Positions 46,794 through 53,132 of a DNA stretch of 53,132 bases are shown piece by piece. The position numbers and the translations under genes are program-made. Numbering within the stretch: the first letter of the stretch is position 1; the number at the start of each line of letters is the position of its first letter. This DNA comes from an uncultured Candidatus Saccharibacteria bacterium (GTDB lineage: Bacteria; Patescibacteriota; Minisyncoccia; Phycocordibacterales; Zambryskibacteraceae). Below the pieces are notes generated by a model. That model did not search any database, was not told where the DNA came from, and was given only the letters and a program-made list of their open reading frames with translations. Location of the stretch: positions 1-53,132 of the forward strand of contig CAZKKF010000002.1 in NCBI GenBank assembly GCA_964553285.1, in the 5' to 3' direction.

Positions 46794-47066
46794 ATGAACA
46801 AACAAGGAATAGTTGATGCGGTACATGCAAAGATAGGCGGTACGAAAGTATCAGCCGAGCAGTCCGTAGAAACAGTGATTGACTGCATTGTAAATACTCT
46901 TAAGAAGGGCAACGAAGTATCAATCGCAGGTTTGGGAATATTTGCCACCAAGACCAGAGCGGCCAGACAAGCCCGCAACCCCCGCACCGGCGCTTCAATA
47001 TCGGTACCGGCTATGCGCGTGCCCAAGTTCAGAGCGGCTAAAGCCCTCAAGGACGCGGTAAAATAA
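46794..47066 (+). CDS. hup: HU-family DNA-binding protein
   Basis: MNKQGIVDAV...GLGIFATKTRAARQARNPRTGASISVPAMRVPKFRAAKALKDAV. Confidence 0.95.
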   Translation: MNKQGIVDAVHAKIGGTKVSAEQSVETVIDCIVNTLKKGNEVSIAGLGIFATKTRAARQARNPRTGASISVPAMRVPKFRAAKALKDAVK

Positions 47067-47099
47067 TTATTGCGTTCTTGGAAATAGAAAACTTTGCCA

Positions 47100-47135
47100 C
47101 AAACATCCCCGCCTAGGCGGGGATGTTTGTTTTTG
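47100..47135. terminator. bidirectional intrinsic terminator (hup / tRNA-Gly convergent)
   Basis: CAAACATCCCCGCC / GGCGGGGATGTTTG 14-nt arms followed by TTTTT. Confidence 0.75.
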
Positions 47136-47145
47136 CCCTATTGAA

Positions 47146-47192
47146 ATCACTTCAGGGTGCTTGCACCGCGTAGCTCTGTACCCAGAGCGAAG
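47146..47192 (-). repeat. 47-nt structured tRNA-Gly 3' trailer, copy A
   Basis: 41/47 identical to 47656-47702. Contains hairpin GCTCTG-ggta-CAGAGC (minus strand). Confidence 0.7.
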
Positions 47193-47266
47193 TGGTGCGG
47201 GATGGGAGAATCGAACTCCCGCCCACAGTTTGGAAAACTGTTATTCTACCATTAAACTAATCCCGC
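47193..47266 (-). tRNA. tRNA-Gly (anticodon UCC), CCA encoded
   Basis: Hand fold: acceptor GCGGGAT/ATCCCGC, anticodon stem ACAGT/ACTGT, loop TTTCCAA, T-arm GGGAG-TTCGATT-CTCCC, 3' ACCA. Confidence 0.85.
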
Positions 47267-47294
47267 TTAGACGAGAGTATACCGCAATATATAA

Positions 47295-47582
47295 TTATTG
47301 CACCAGCGCAAGCACCGCCTCCTCGTTATCCTCTTTTACTATACTTGCCGCCCTTTCAAAACCGCACATCTCACATTTGTGCAAAATCCTCACCGGCACT
47401 CCCCCGCGCGCTTCCACACCCACAGGCTTCATCATGCCTCCGCACCCCTCTTCCCTGTCTCCGGGAAAAACGTCAACGTGTTTTGACCAAAGACAATTCG
47501 GACAATGATTTGTGTATCCATTGCCCTCCACCTGAGTGCCGCATTTCTCGCAAACAAAATCCTCCTTGGTTCTGATAAACAT
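47295..47582 (-). CDS. RNHCP-domain zinc-ribbon protein
   Basis: FVCEKCGTQVEGNGYTNHCPNCLWSKHVD...CGGMMKPV...HKCEMCG fits the RNHCP family signature (NHCP.CL.S.H). Confidence 0.7.
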   Translation of the reverse strand: MFIRTKEDFVCEKCGTQVEGNGYTNHCPNCLWSKHVDVFPGDREEGCGGMMKPVGVEARGGVPVRILHKCEMCGFERAASIVKEDNEEAVLALVQ

Positions 47583-47655
47583 TTAGGATTTATGAATTAT
47601 TGCCATGTGTGGACTGAAGACAAAGCTGTTCAGGATGTGGAGAAGTAGATTATAA

Positions 47656-47702
47656 ATCACTTCGGGGGGCTTGCACTTCGTAGCTTTGTACTCAGAGCGA
47701 AG
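47656..47702 (-). repeat. 47-nt tRNA-Gly 3' trailer, copy B (overlaps the RNHCP promoter -35)
   Basis: 41/47 identical to copy A. GTGCAA(47676-47671)-N16-TATAAT(47654-47649) on the minus strand. Confidence 0.7.
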
Positions 47703-47776
47703 TGGTGCGGCTACCGGGAATCGAACCCGAATCTCGTCCTTGGCAAGGACGCGTTCTACCACTAAACCATAGCCGC
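47703..47776 (-). tRNA. tRNA-Gly (anticodon GCC), CCA encoded
   Basis: Acceptor GCGGCTA/TAGCCGC, anticodon stem CGTCC/GGACG, loop TTGCCAA, T-loop TTCGATT, 3' ACCA. Confidence 0.9.
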
Positions 47777-47827
47777 AGTGCAAGCACTTTAGCAGAAAAA
47801 ACAGGCTTGCTCAACTAACCTAAAATG

Positions 47828-47898
47828 TCGGAGCGCCGAGAATCGAACTCGGACCTCATGCTCCCAAAGCATGAATACTGCCACTATACTACGCTCCG
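47828..47898 (-). tRNA. tRNA-Pro (anticodon UGG), no encoded CCA
   Basis: Acceptor CGGAGCG/CGCTCCG, anticodon stem CATGC/GCATG, loop TTTGGGA (G37), T-loop TTCGATT. Confidence 0.9.
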
Positions 47899-47958
47899 TT
47901 TGGCCTCTACCAGAGACCAGAATACCCTATCCTACACGAATAAGGAAAATAAACCTTG

Positions 47959-48029
47959 TCGGGCTGCCGGGAATTGAACCCGGGCCTTACCCACCCCATG
48001 GGCAAATACTACCGTTATACTACAGCCCG
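47959..48029 (-). tRNA. tRNA-Pro (anticodon GGG), no encoded CCA
   Basis: Acceptor CGGGCTG/CAGCCCG, anticodon stem TGCCC/GGGTA, loop ATGGGGT, T-loop TTCAATT. Confidence 0.85.
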
Positions 48030-48082
48030 CACGCTCCCTTGCGGGAGCCTCACAAACCCAAACTCCGTACCAAAATTTTGCT

Positions 48083-48153
48083 TCGGACTGCTGAGAATCG
48101 AACTCAGGGCTCACGAACCCGAATCGTGTATATTACCACTATACGACAGTCCG
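48083..48153 (-). tRNA. tRNA-Pro (anticodon CGG), no encoded CCA
   Basis: Acceptor CGGACTG/CAGTCCG, anticodon stem CACGA/TCGTG, loop TTCGGGT, T-loop TTCGATT. Confidence 0.9.
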
Positions 48154-48286
48154 TTAAATTTGATACGGCAAGGCAAACTATATATCATAAAGGCTAAAAA
48201 TTGAAGATTAGCCGAATAAGGTTATTATGTACCCTGCCTGGAAGTGATCTAAATATATTTCCAGGCTTGCCCCGTAAAGGCAATAT

Positions 48287-48358
48287 GCACCCGTGGTGAA
48301 ATGGATATCACAACGGTCTTCGGAACCGTTGTTGTGGGTTCGAGTCCTGCCGGGTGCA
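48287..48358 (+). tRNA. tRNA-Arg (anticodon UCG), no encoded CCA
   Basis: Acceptor GCACCCG/CGGGTGC, D-stem GTGA/TCAC, anticodon stem ACGGT/ACCGT, loop CTTCGGA, T-loop TTCGAGT. Confidence 0.9.
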
Positions 48359-48434
48359 CTACTTAGTGGTTCAACAAACTCACCACAAGCAAGCTCAGTG
48401 CAAGCCCTATGAACATCCCCTCATTCGAAGGTTT

Positions 48435-48517
48435 CGGAGGTCTCACCCCAGAGTAGTTGTCAACCTCGCAGGTTGACAACTATCCTACCCCTTACAGCCC
48501 CATCCGGAGGTCTCACC
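48435..48517. repeat. perfect 13-bp hairpin bracketed by 13-nt direct repeats
   Basis: The direct repeat CGGAGGTCTCACC occurs at 48435-48447 and 48505-48517. The hairpin TAGTTGTCAACCT-cgc-AGGTTGACAACTA lies at 48454-48482. Confidence 0.8.
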
Positions 48518-48796
48518 TTGGGATGAGTTAGCGAGGCGGGGGCAAATGTCTTTTGAAAGTCTTTTAGGGTTTGAGGCCTATCTCCCCTGCCTGCCAAAAT
48601 ATTCTTTAGGTTAGCCAAAACTCGGCCATATTTTTGGAAATTGTGAATAATAACTGTGGATAACCTTGGGGACATGTGCAAAAGGACACGCCATGTCTGA
48701 TAGAATAAAAAGGTGAAAACGGCCCTGCTTAGCCAATAAAAAGCTAAACAGGTCAAATATAGGTTTCACGTGAAACCTGTTACACGCGAAACACTT

Positions 48797-49174
48797 ATGG
48801 CAGGCAAAACCCGCAAAAAAGAGCTCGGAGATCTGGGAGAAAGAGCCGTTACAATGTTTCTCATGAAACATGGCTTTAGCATAGAGGCCAGGAACTATAG
48901 CGTTCGGGCGGGAGAAATAGACATCGTGGCCAAAAAGGCCAACAAAATGCACTTTGTAGAGGTAAAGACGGGCCTGAATGTTTCGCGTGAAACTATAAAC
49001 CCCGGAGAAAATCTGACCGAGGATAAGGTGAGAAAGGTTGCCAGGGCAGGCGCCAAGTACATGAACGAAAAAGGTTTCAAAGGGGAGTGGCAGATAGACG
49101 GCGCAGTGGTAAATATAGATGCGGTTTCAAAAAAGGCCCATATTACTATGATTTGGAATCTGATAGCCTCTTAA
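48797..49174 (+). CDS. YraN-family (UPF0102) endonuclease-like protein
   Basis: GDLGERAVTMFLMKHGFSIEARNYSVRAGEIDIVAKKANKMHFVEVKT (PD-(D/E)xK-like EID..VEVK). ATG 48797 is preferred over GTG 48770. Confidence 0.8.
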   Translation: MAGKTRKKELGDLGERAVTMFLMKHGFSIEARNYSVRAGEIDIVAKKANKMHFVEVKTGLNVSRETINPGENLTEDKVRKVARAGAKYMNEKGFKGEWQIDGAVVNIDAVSKKAHITMIWNLIAS

Positions 49175-49215
49175 TCTTTTTCTTCGGCCTCTGATACAAT
49201 AAAATAACCATAAAA

Positions 49216-50679
49216 ATGACCTCCTTCAACATACCTGAAATAGTCGCCGATACCGCAAAAACCCTTGAAAATAAGGGTTTTGAGGCATATCTGGTGGGAG
49301 GATGCGTTAGAGACCTTTTCCTCGGCAAAACCCCAAAAGACTGGGATATAGCCACAAACGCTTCGCCCGATGAGATAATAGCCGCTTTCCCGAAGACTTA
49401 TTACGAAAACAGTTTTGGCACGGTGAGTATCGTCAATGAAGAGGAGGAAGACCCGTCGCTAAAGGTCATAGAGATCACCCCCTATCGCTCCGAAGGAGCT
49501 TATACGGACAAAAGACGCCCGGACAGCGTGGATTTTGTGAAGAAGATAGACAAAGACCTGGAACGCCGGGACTTCACCATAAACGCTATGGCCTACTCTG
49601 TGTCGAGCGATGCTCTGGTGGACCCTTTTGAAGGCAAAAAAGACCTGATTTCAGGAGTGTTGAGAGCTGTAGGCAATCCGGCCGAGAGATTTGAGGAGGA
49701 TGCCTTGAGGATAATGAGGGGAGTGCGGTTTCACGCGAAACAGGGTTTCACTATTGAGCCCGAAACCCTAAAAGCCATGAAAGACAAGGCGAGGCTTCTG
49801 CAGTTTGTCTCCAAGGAGCGCATAAGAGACGAGTTTATAGGAATTATTGAATCTCCCAAGCCTTCTTTGGGTCTGGTAATGGCCAAGGATTTGGATATTT
49901 TGCGTTTCATAGTGCCTGAGCTTGAGGAGGGAATAGGAATAGAGCAAAACCAGGCCCACGCCTTTGATGTGTGGACACACTTGATAAAAAGCCTGGATCA
50001 TGGGGCGGAAAAGGGCTACCCCTTTCACGTGAAACTGGCCGCCTTGCTTCACGACATAGGCAAACCGATCTCCCGCAGAAAGGGCCCGAATGGGGACTGG
50101 ACTTTTTATGGACACGAAGTCGTAGGAGCCAGGATGACCAAAAAAATCCTGGCGGATCTGCGTTTTCCCAAGGATATAAGCCAAAAAGTGGTAACTCTGG
50201 TCAGGTGGCACATGTTTTTTAGCGATACGGAGCAAATAACCCTCTCTGCCGTAAGGCGGCTCCTTGCCAATGTGGGGGAGGAGCTTATTTGGGATCTTAT
50301 GAACTTGCGCGTTTGCGACAGGATAGGCACTGGAAGGCCCAAAGCTCACCCATACAGGCTTAGAAAGTTCCAATCCATGATAGAGGAGGTATTGAGAGAT
50401 CCCGTGTCTGTGGGGATGCTAAAGGTGGACGGCAACGACCTTATGGAGCTTGGGGAAAAGCCGGGCCGCAGAATTGGCCTTATTTTGCACGCACTTTTGG
50501 ACGCGGTACTTGAAGACCCGGGCCTAAACGACAAGGACGCATTGCTTGGAAAAGCCAAGGAAATGATGGGCCTAAAAGACGCCGAGCTTATAAAGCTGGG
50601 CGAGAGGGGCAAAAAGACCAAGGAAGAGAGGGAGGGAGAGGAGCTTTCTAGGCTTCGCTCAAAATACGGCGTTAGATAA
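49216..50679 (+). CDS. cca: CCA-adding tRNA nucleotidyltransferase with HD domain
   Basis: YLVGGCVRDLFLGKTPKDWDIAT, RRDFTINAMA and ALLHDIGK. Confidence 0.9.
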   Translation: MTSFNIPEIVADTAKTLENKGFEAYLVGGCVRDLFLGKTPKDWDIATNASPDEIIAAFPKTYYENSFGTVSIVNEEEEDPSLKVIEITPYRSEGAYTDKRRPDSVDFVKKIDKDLERRDFTINAMAYSVSSDALVDPFEGKKDLISGVLRAVGNPAERFEEDALRIMRGVRFHAKQGFTIEPETLKAMKDKARLLQFVSKERIRDEFIGIIESPKPSLGLVMAKDLDILRFIVPELEEGIGIEQNQAHAFDVWTHLIKSLDHGAEKGYPFHVKLAALLHDIGKPISRRKGPNGDWTFYGHEVVGARMTKKILADLRFPKDISQKVVTLVRWHMFFSDTEQITLSAVRRLLANVGEELIWDLMNLRVCDRIGTGRPKAHPYRLRKFQSMIEEVLRDPVSVGMLKVDGNDLMELGEKPGRRIGLILHALLDAVLEDPGLNDKDALLGKAKEMMGLKDAELIKLGERGKKTKEEREGEELSRLRSKYGVR

Positions 50680-50685
50680 TTTTAG

Positions 50686-50965
50686 ACAAACAAAAACCGC
50701 CCCAGCGCATGGGCGCAGGGCGGTGGGGAAGAATCCCCCAGGAAGACGCATGGAACCGAACACGGTGCCAATTTTTATTGATGATTGAGACACCCTAGAC
50801 TTCGGGTTTCCGGGCCCACCAGGGAAAACTTTCCGGAGTGGCCTCTCCATAAAGAACTACTGCTTGAGCGTAAGCCTTAGATGCGGGTTCCCGGGGAACC
50901 AGAGGATTCCTCAGGTAGGGTTTGTGCTCAAGCTCTGCAAAGAAGTATATATCTTTAAAGGACAA
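50686..50965 (-). ncRNA. candidate ~270-nt structured RNA between convergent cca and xth (class unknown)
   Basis: No credible ORF. Nested helices include GCTTGAGC...GCTCAAGC and GGTTCC-ccgg-GGAACC. The 3' hairpin CCGCCC...GGGCGG (50697-50723) is followed by TTTTTGTTTG only on the minus strand. Confidence 0.3.
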
Positions 50966-51018
50966 AATACAGAGGCTCCTCTGTGGATAACATTTTGTCT
51001 TTTATAAAATCTCCTTCG

Positions 51019-51807
51019 CTACTTCGTATCAATACTTATAGGACAGTGGTCGGAGCCGAAAATATCGCTGTGTATAGTCATTTTTTCTATATCCACCGCG
51101 GCTTTTTTGTTTGCAAAAAAATAGTCTATGCGCCAGCCCACGTTCCTAAGGCGGGCAAAAGTTTTTTGATCCCAGTATGTATACGCATCTTTTTTGTCTG
51201 GAAAAAAGTTCCTGTACACATCGGTAAATCCAGACCTTACCACTCTGTCTATCCATGCTCTTTCTTCAGGCAGGAAGCCCGTGTGGGTTTCGTTTTCCTT
51301 TGGGCGGGCAAGGTCTATCTCTTTGTGGGCGGTATTCACATCTCCGCAGAAGATCACTTTGCCGTGCTTCTTTTCTAGCTGTTTCACAAAAGCCAGGAAC
51401 TTGTCATAAAAGACGAGTTTGTACTTGAGCCTCTCAGGGCCACCTCCGCCGTTTGGAAAATAGATATTCAAAAGCACAAAGTCTTCAAATATGGCTCCAA
51501 CCAGCCGGCCTTCTTGGTCTTGGAGGGGAGTGTCTTCTCCAAAAAAAACCTCTTTTGGCTTTTCCTTGCTATACATAGCCACTCCGCTATAGCCCTTTTT
51601 GGCCTTGGGCCAGTCAAAAAAAGCATGGTAGCCTGCGGGACTTGCCACTTCGGGTGGCAGTTGGTCCACTGAGGCCTTCACTTCCTGCAAACATATAATA
51701 TCCGCCCCGCCCTTGCCCCCCTTGGCTGAAGATTCAAAAAGCCAGCCCAAATCTCCGCGCTTGTACACAGCCCTTATGCCATTTACGTTCCAGGAGACTA
51801 TTCGCAT
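51019..51807 (-). CDS. xth: exodeoxyribonuclease III
   Basis: MRIVSWNVNGIRA, ICLQE, GDVNTAH, SDHCP. Confidence 0.93.
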   Translation of the reverse strand: MRIVSWNVNGIRAVYKRGDLGWLFESSAKGGKGGADIICLQEVKASVDQLPPEVASPAGYHAFFDWPKAKKGYSGVAMYSKEKPKEVFFGEDTPLQDQEGRLVGAIFEDFVLLNIYFPNGGGGPERLKYKLVFYDKFLAFVKQLEKKHGKVIFCGDVNTAHKEIDLARPKENETHTGFLPEERAWIDRVVRSGFTDVYRNFFPDKKDAYTYWDQKTFARLRNVGWRIDYFFANKKAAVDIEKMTIHSDIFGSDHCPISIDTK

Positions 51808-51866
51808 ATAGATAGAGGCAGTATATCAGAGTGCCAGGCGGGGGAGATCCAGGCCTGGATTTTGGT

Positions 51867-51900
51867 AAACACAAAAGGCGCTACGATTTTCTGTAGCGCC
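51867..51900 (-). terminator. intrinsic terminator ending the high-G+C small-gene operon
   Basis: GGCGCTAC-...-GTAGCGCC (51877-51900), followed on the minus strand by TTTTGTGTTT. Confidence 0.65.
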
Positions 51901-51938
51901 TCACGAGCGTTTTTAGGTAACCGCACAACCTTTTGCCA

Positions 51939-52196
51939 CTATGGGTTCGGGGTGGCCCTTCTCCTGCCGCTGTAGTAGGCCAAGAGGATGAATCCGGCGT
52001 ACTTCATGAAAAGAAAAGCGCCGAATATCCACCGCGCCGAGGCCTGGTCAACGGGACTGCTGAGCAGAACAAACATCTGCAGCAATCCCTCGGCCGGAGC
52101 GGACCATACCCCTGAACCCAGTGCGGGCATCAGGAGCACACCCCCGAACACCCACACCCAGGCGGCCCAACCAAAAACGAGAACGGCGGCGCGCAT
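51939..52196 (-). CDS. hypothetical small membrane protein (85 aa, ~3 TM), high G+C
   Basis: MRAAVLVFGWAAWVWVFGGVLLMPALG... The ATG overlaps the upstream TGA by 1 nt, with AAGGAGGAG upstream. Confidence 0.5.
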   Translation of the reverse strand: MRAAVLVFGWAAWVWVFGGVLLMPALGSGVWSAPAEGLLQMFVLLSSPVDQASARWIFGAFLFMKYAGFILLAYYSGRRRATPNP

Positions 52197-52350
52197 CACT
52201 CCTCCTTGTCGTTGAAGTTGGCAACGCGGCGGTCTTCGGCCCGCCGATTGATGTTGGCGAGCTTCTTGACCTCAGCGCGCACGCTCCACCGGTTGGCGTT
52301 GCTTGCGCCAGCCTTGTGGCCGCCCTCGGTCTTCTTGAGCTTCCCGCTCA
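52196..52350 (-). CDS. hypothetical small basic protein (51 aa), high G+C
   Basis: MSGKLKKTEGGHKAGASNANRWSVRAEVKKLANINRRAEDRRVANFNDKEE. AAGGAG lies 7-8 nt before ATG 52350. Confidence 0.45.
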
Positions 52351-52382
52351 TGGTTCCACTCCTTGTTTGGTGGTTGGGTATG

Positions 52383-52444
52383 TTATCGGTTTGGAAACAC
52401 AAGATTCACAAATTAAACATTAAATCCTGTGCTTCCAAACCGAT
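52383..52444 (-). promoter_or_regulatory. 20-bp hairpin / inverted repeat in the upstream region of the small-gene operon
   Basis: Arms at 52383-52402 and 52425-52444. There are 13 perfect bp (TATCGGTTTGGAA), and the two non-Watson-Crick positions are G.U only on the minus-strand RNA (A.C on the plus strand). The 22-nt loop is AT-rich. Confidence 0.45.
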
Positions 52445-52989
52445 ATAACTAAAAAGAACTGCTGTTTCGCTCTTTTGAGCTCGTCAGTTGGGACATTCAT
52501 CCCAATACAGCGGGTGTCAAAATCGACACCCATATAACTATCACACTCTTGCGAGCGTGCGCGGTCTTCGGACCACGACTCTTCGATTCTGTTCCCAAGT
52601 TCGAAGTAGACTCGGCACACGGAGGGCAATCCGCTGACTGGACGGTCGCGCCTAGTGGCGCGGACCGTTGCAGTGACAGATCGCCCGAACACTCTCGGAG
52701 TGTTCGGTGCGGGACCGCCCATCCTCACGGAGTCCGCAACGACGGAGGAACTCAGTCGCCTGTTTCTCCAGGCGCTTCCGTTCCTCCTCGCGCTGAACTT
52801 CGTCGAGGATGTCGGCAAAAGAAAAGGCCTTTGCCATGGGAATCCTTGCGCGTGTTTTCACAAAGAACTCCTTTGCCCCGCGGGCAATAAGGGTTTGCTG
52901 TTTCATCCTTTCGGAATCATCAGTCCCGACATACATCGGAATACAGCACGGAGATTCTGTTGCCAGGTTCTCCGCAAACCCCGTCTTCC

Positions 52990-53130
52990 CTAGAAGACAG
53001 TAAACCGATCCGGCCGCATCCGCTTTTCGGCGGGCGGACGGCGCTCGTAGCCCTCGGCTGCGATCATGCCGACCACGCGGCCCGGGAATCCCTGGGCGGC
53101 GATGATCGATCCGACAATCACAGCACCGGG
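52990..53130 (-). CDS. C-terminal fragment of a high-G+C hypothetical (membrane?) protein, 5' end outside window
   Basis: Open frame from the window edge: PGAVIVGSIIAAQGFPGRVVGMIAAEGYERRPPAEKRMRPDRFTVF, stop TAG 52992-52990. Confidence 0.4.
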   Translation of the reverse strand, partial: PGAVIVGSIIAAQGFPGRVVGMIAAEGYERRPPAEKRMRPDRFTVF

Positions 53131-53132
53131 GT

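Noticed and set aside
47193-47266. First reading of this tRNA as tRNA-Trp (CCA in the anticodon loop)
   Set aside because: With the 5-bp anticodon stem ACAGT/ACTGT the 7-nt loop is TTTCCAA, so positions 34-36 are UCC (Gly). The acceptor end and trailer also match the neighbouring tRNA-Gly(GCC).
47583-48204. Track ORFs 47583-47783, 47871-48197, 47932-48114 and 47956-48204
   Set aside because: They run across the tRNA-Gly and tRNA-Pro genes. The cloverleaf folds explain the sequence.
48642-48663. Possible oriC, based on DnaA-box matches. Perfect TGTGGATAA occurs at 21772-21780, 48655-48663 and 50982-50990; a near-match occurs at 48642-48650; TGTGGAT repeats occur near 16331.
   Set aside because: The boxes are scattered over 30 kb and there are at most two together. 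There is no dnaA or dnaN nearby and no clear AT-rich unwinding element. One box is simply part of the xth terminator stem.
48460-48952. Minus-strand ORFs 48460-48756 and 48611-48952
   Set aside because: They have no start context, span the repeat/hairpin tract and the yraN start on the opposite strand, and their composition is not protein-like.
52420-52936. Calling CDSs for track ORFs 52420-52818, 52549-52890, 52652-52936 and 52655-52993
   Set aside because: The frames overlap and alternate, and perfect 10-11-bp hairpins sit inside them. No SD or start context is convincing. The region may be a frameshifted pseudogene or non-coding RNA. It is discussed as a finding but not annotated.
1-53132. 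CRISPR arrays, rRNA genes, transposases, integrases and IS elements
   Set aside because: I found no regularly spaced direct repeats, no rRNA-like sequence, and no ORF with transposase, integrase or Cas motifs on either strand.

Overview
The window is about 53 kb from a small, roughly 50% G+C bacterial genome, and most of it encodes translation and housekeeping genes. The minus strand carries a long ribosomal superoperon: rpsL-rpsG-fusA ... rplJ-rplL ... tuf-rpsJ-rplC-rplD-rplW-rplB ... rpsS-rplV-rpsC-rplP-rpmC-rpsQ-rplN-rplX-rplE-rpsN-rpsH-rplF-rplR-rpsE-rplO-secY-adk-map-ndk. Also present are infC, rpmI-rplT, rpmB, nusA, ppa, tig, rsmE, clpP, rny, hup, pgk-tpiA, recJ, rnhA, sod, a split comEC, an orphan pilB-type ATPase, xth, cca, a yraN-like gene and six tRNA genes (Gly-UCC, Gly-GCC, Pro-UGG, Pro-GGG, Pro-CGG, Arg-UCG). 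There is no rpmD between rpsE and rplO, several r-proteins carry K/A/R-rich tails, tig lacks a PPIase domain and ComEC is split. Together these fit a reduced Patescibacteria/CPR-like genome, but that assignment is inference only. I saw no CRISPR array, rRNA gene, transposase or integrase. The most unusual content is a set of three short high-G+C micro-islands (about 23.67-24.13 kb, 38.44-39.35 kb and 51.9 kb to the window end). Each encodes small or unrecognisable proteins and sits inside or beside core operons. One is a self-contained 202-aa ORFan cassette next to a hicBA toxin-antitoxin pair. The promoters of the first two islands and the nusA promoter share a distinctive TTGAYT-N17-TAYAAT-GGGGG.AGA module. 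Other points of interest: the S10 operon is interrupted by a terminator, a membrane-anchored ORFan and a new promoter. There are two promoter-to-terminator bounded candidate structured RNAs. A duplicated 47-nt tRNA-Gly trailer brackets an RNHCP gene. A perfect hairpin flanked by direct repeats lies beside tRNA-Arg. A 14-nt palindrome recurs four times in the yraN-cca region. Every functional assignment rests on reading the translated motifs by eye; no database search was run.
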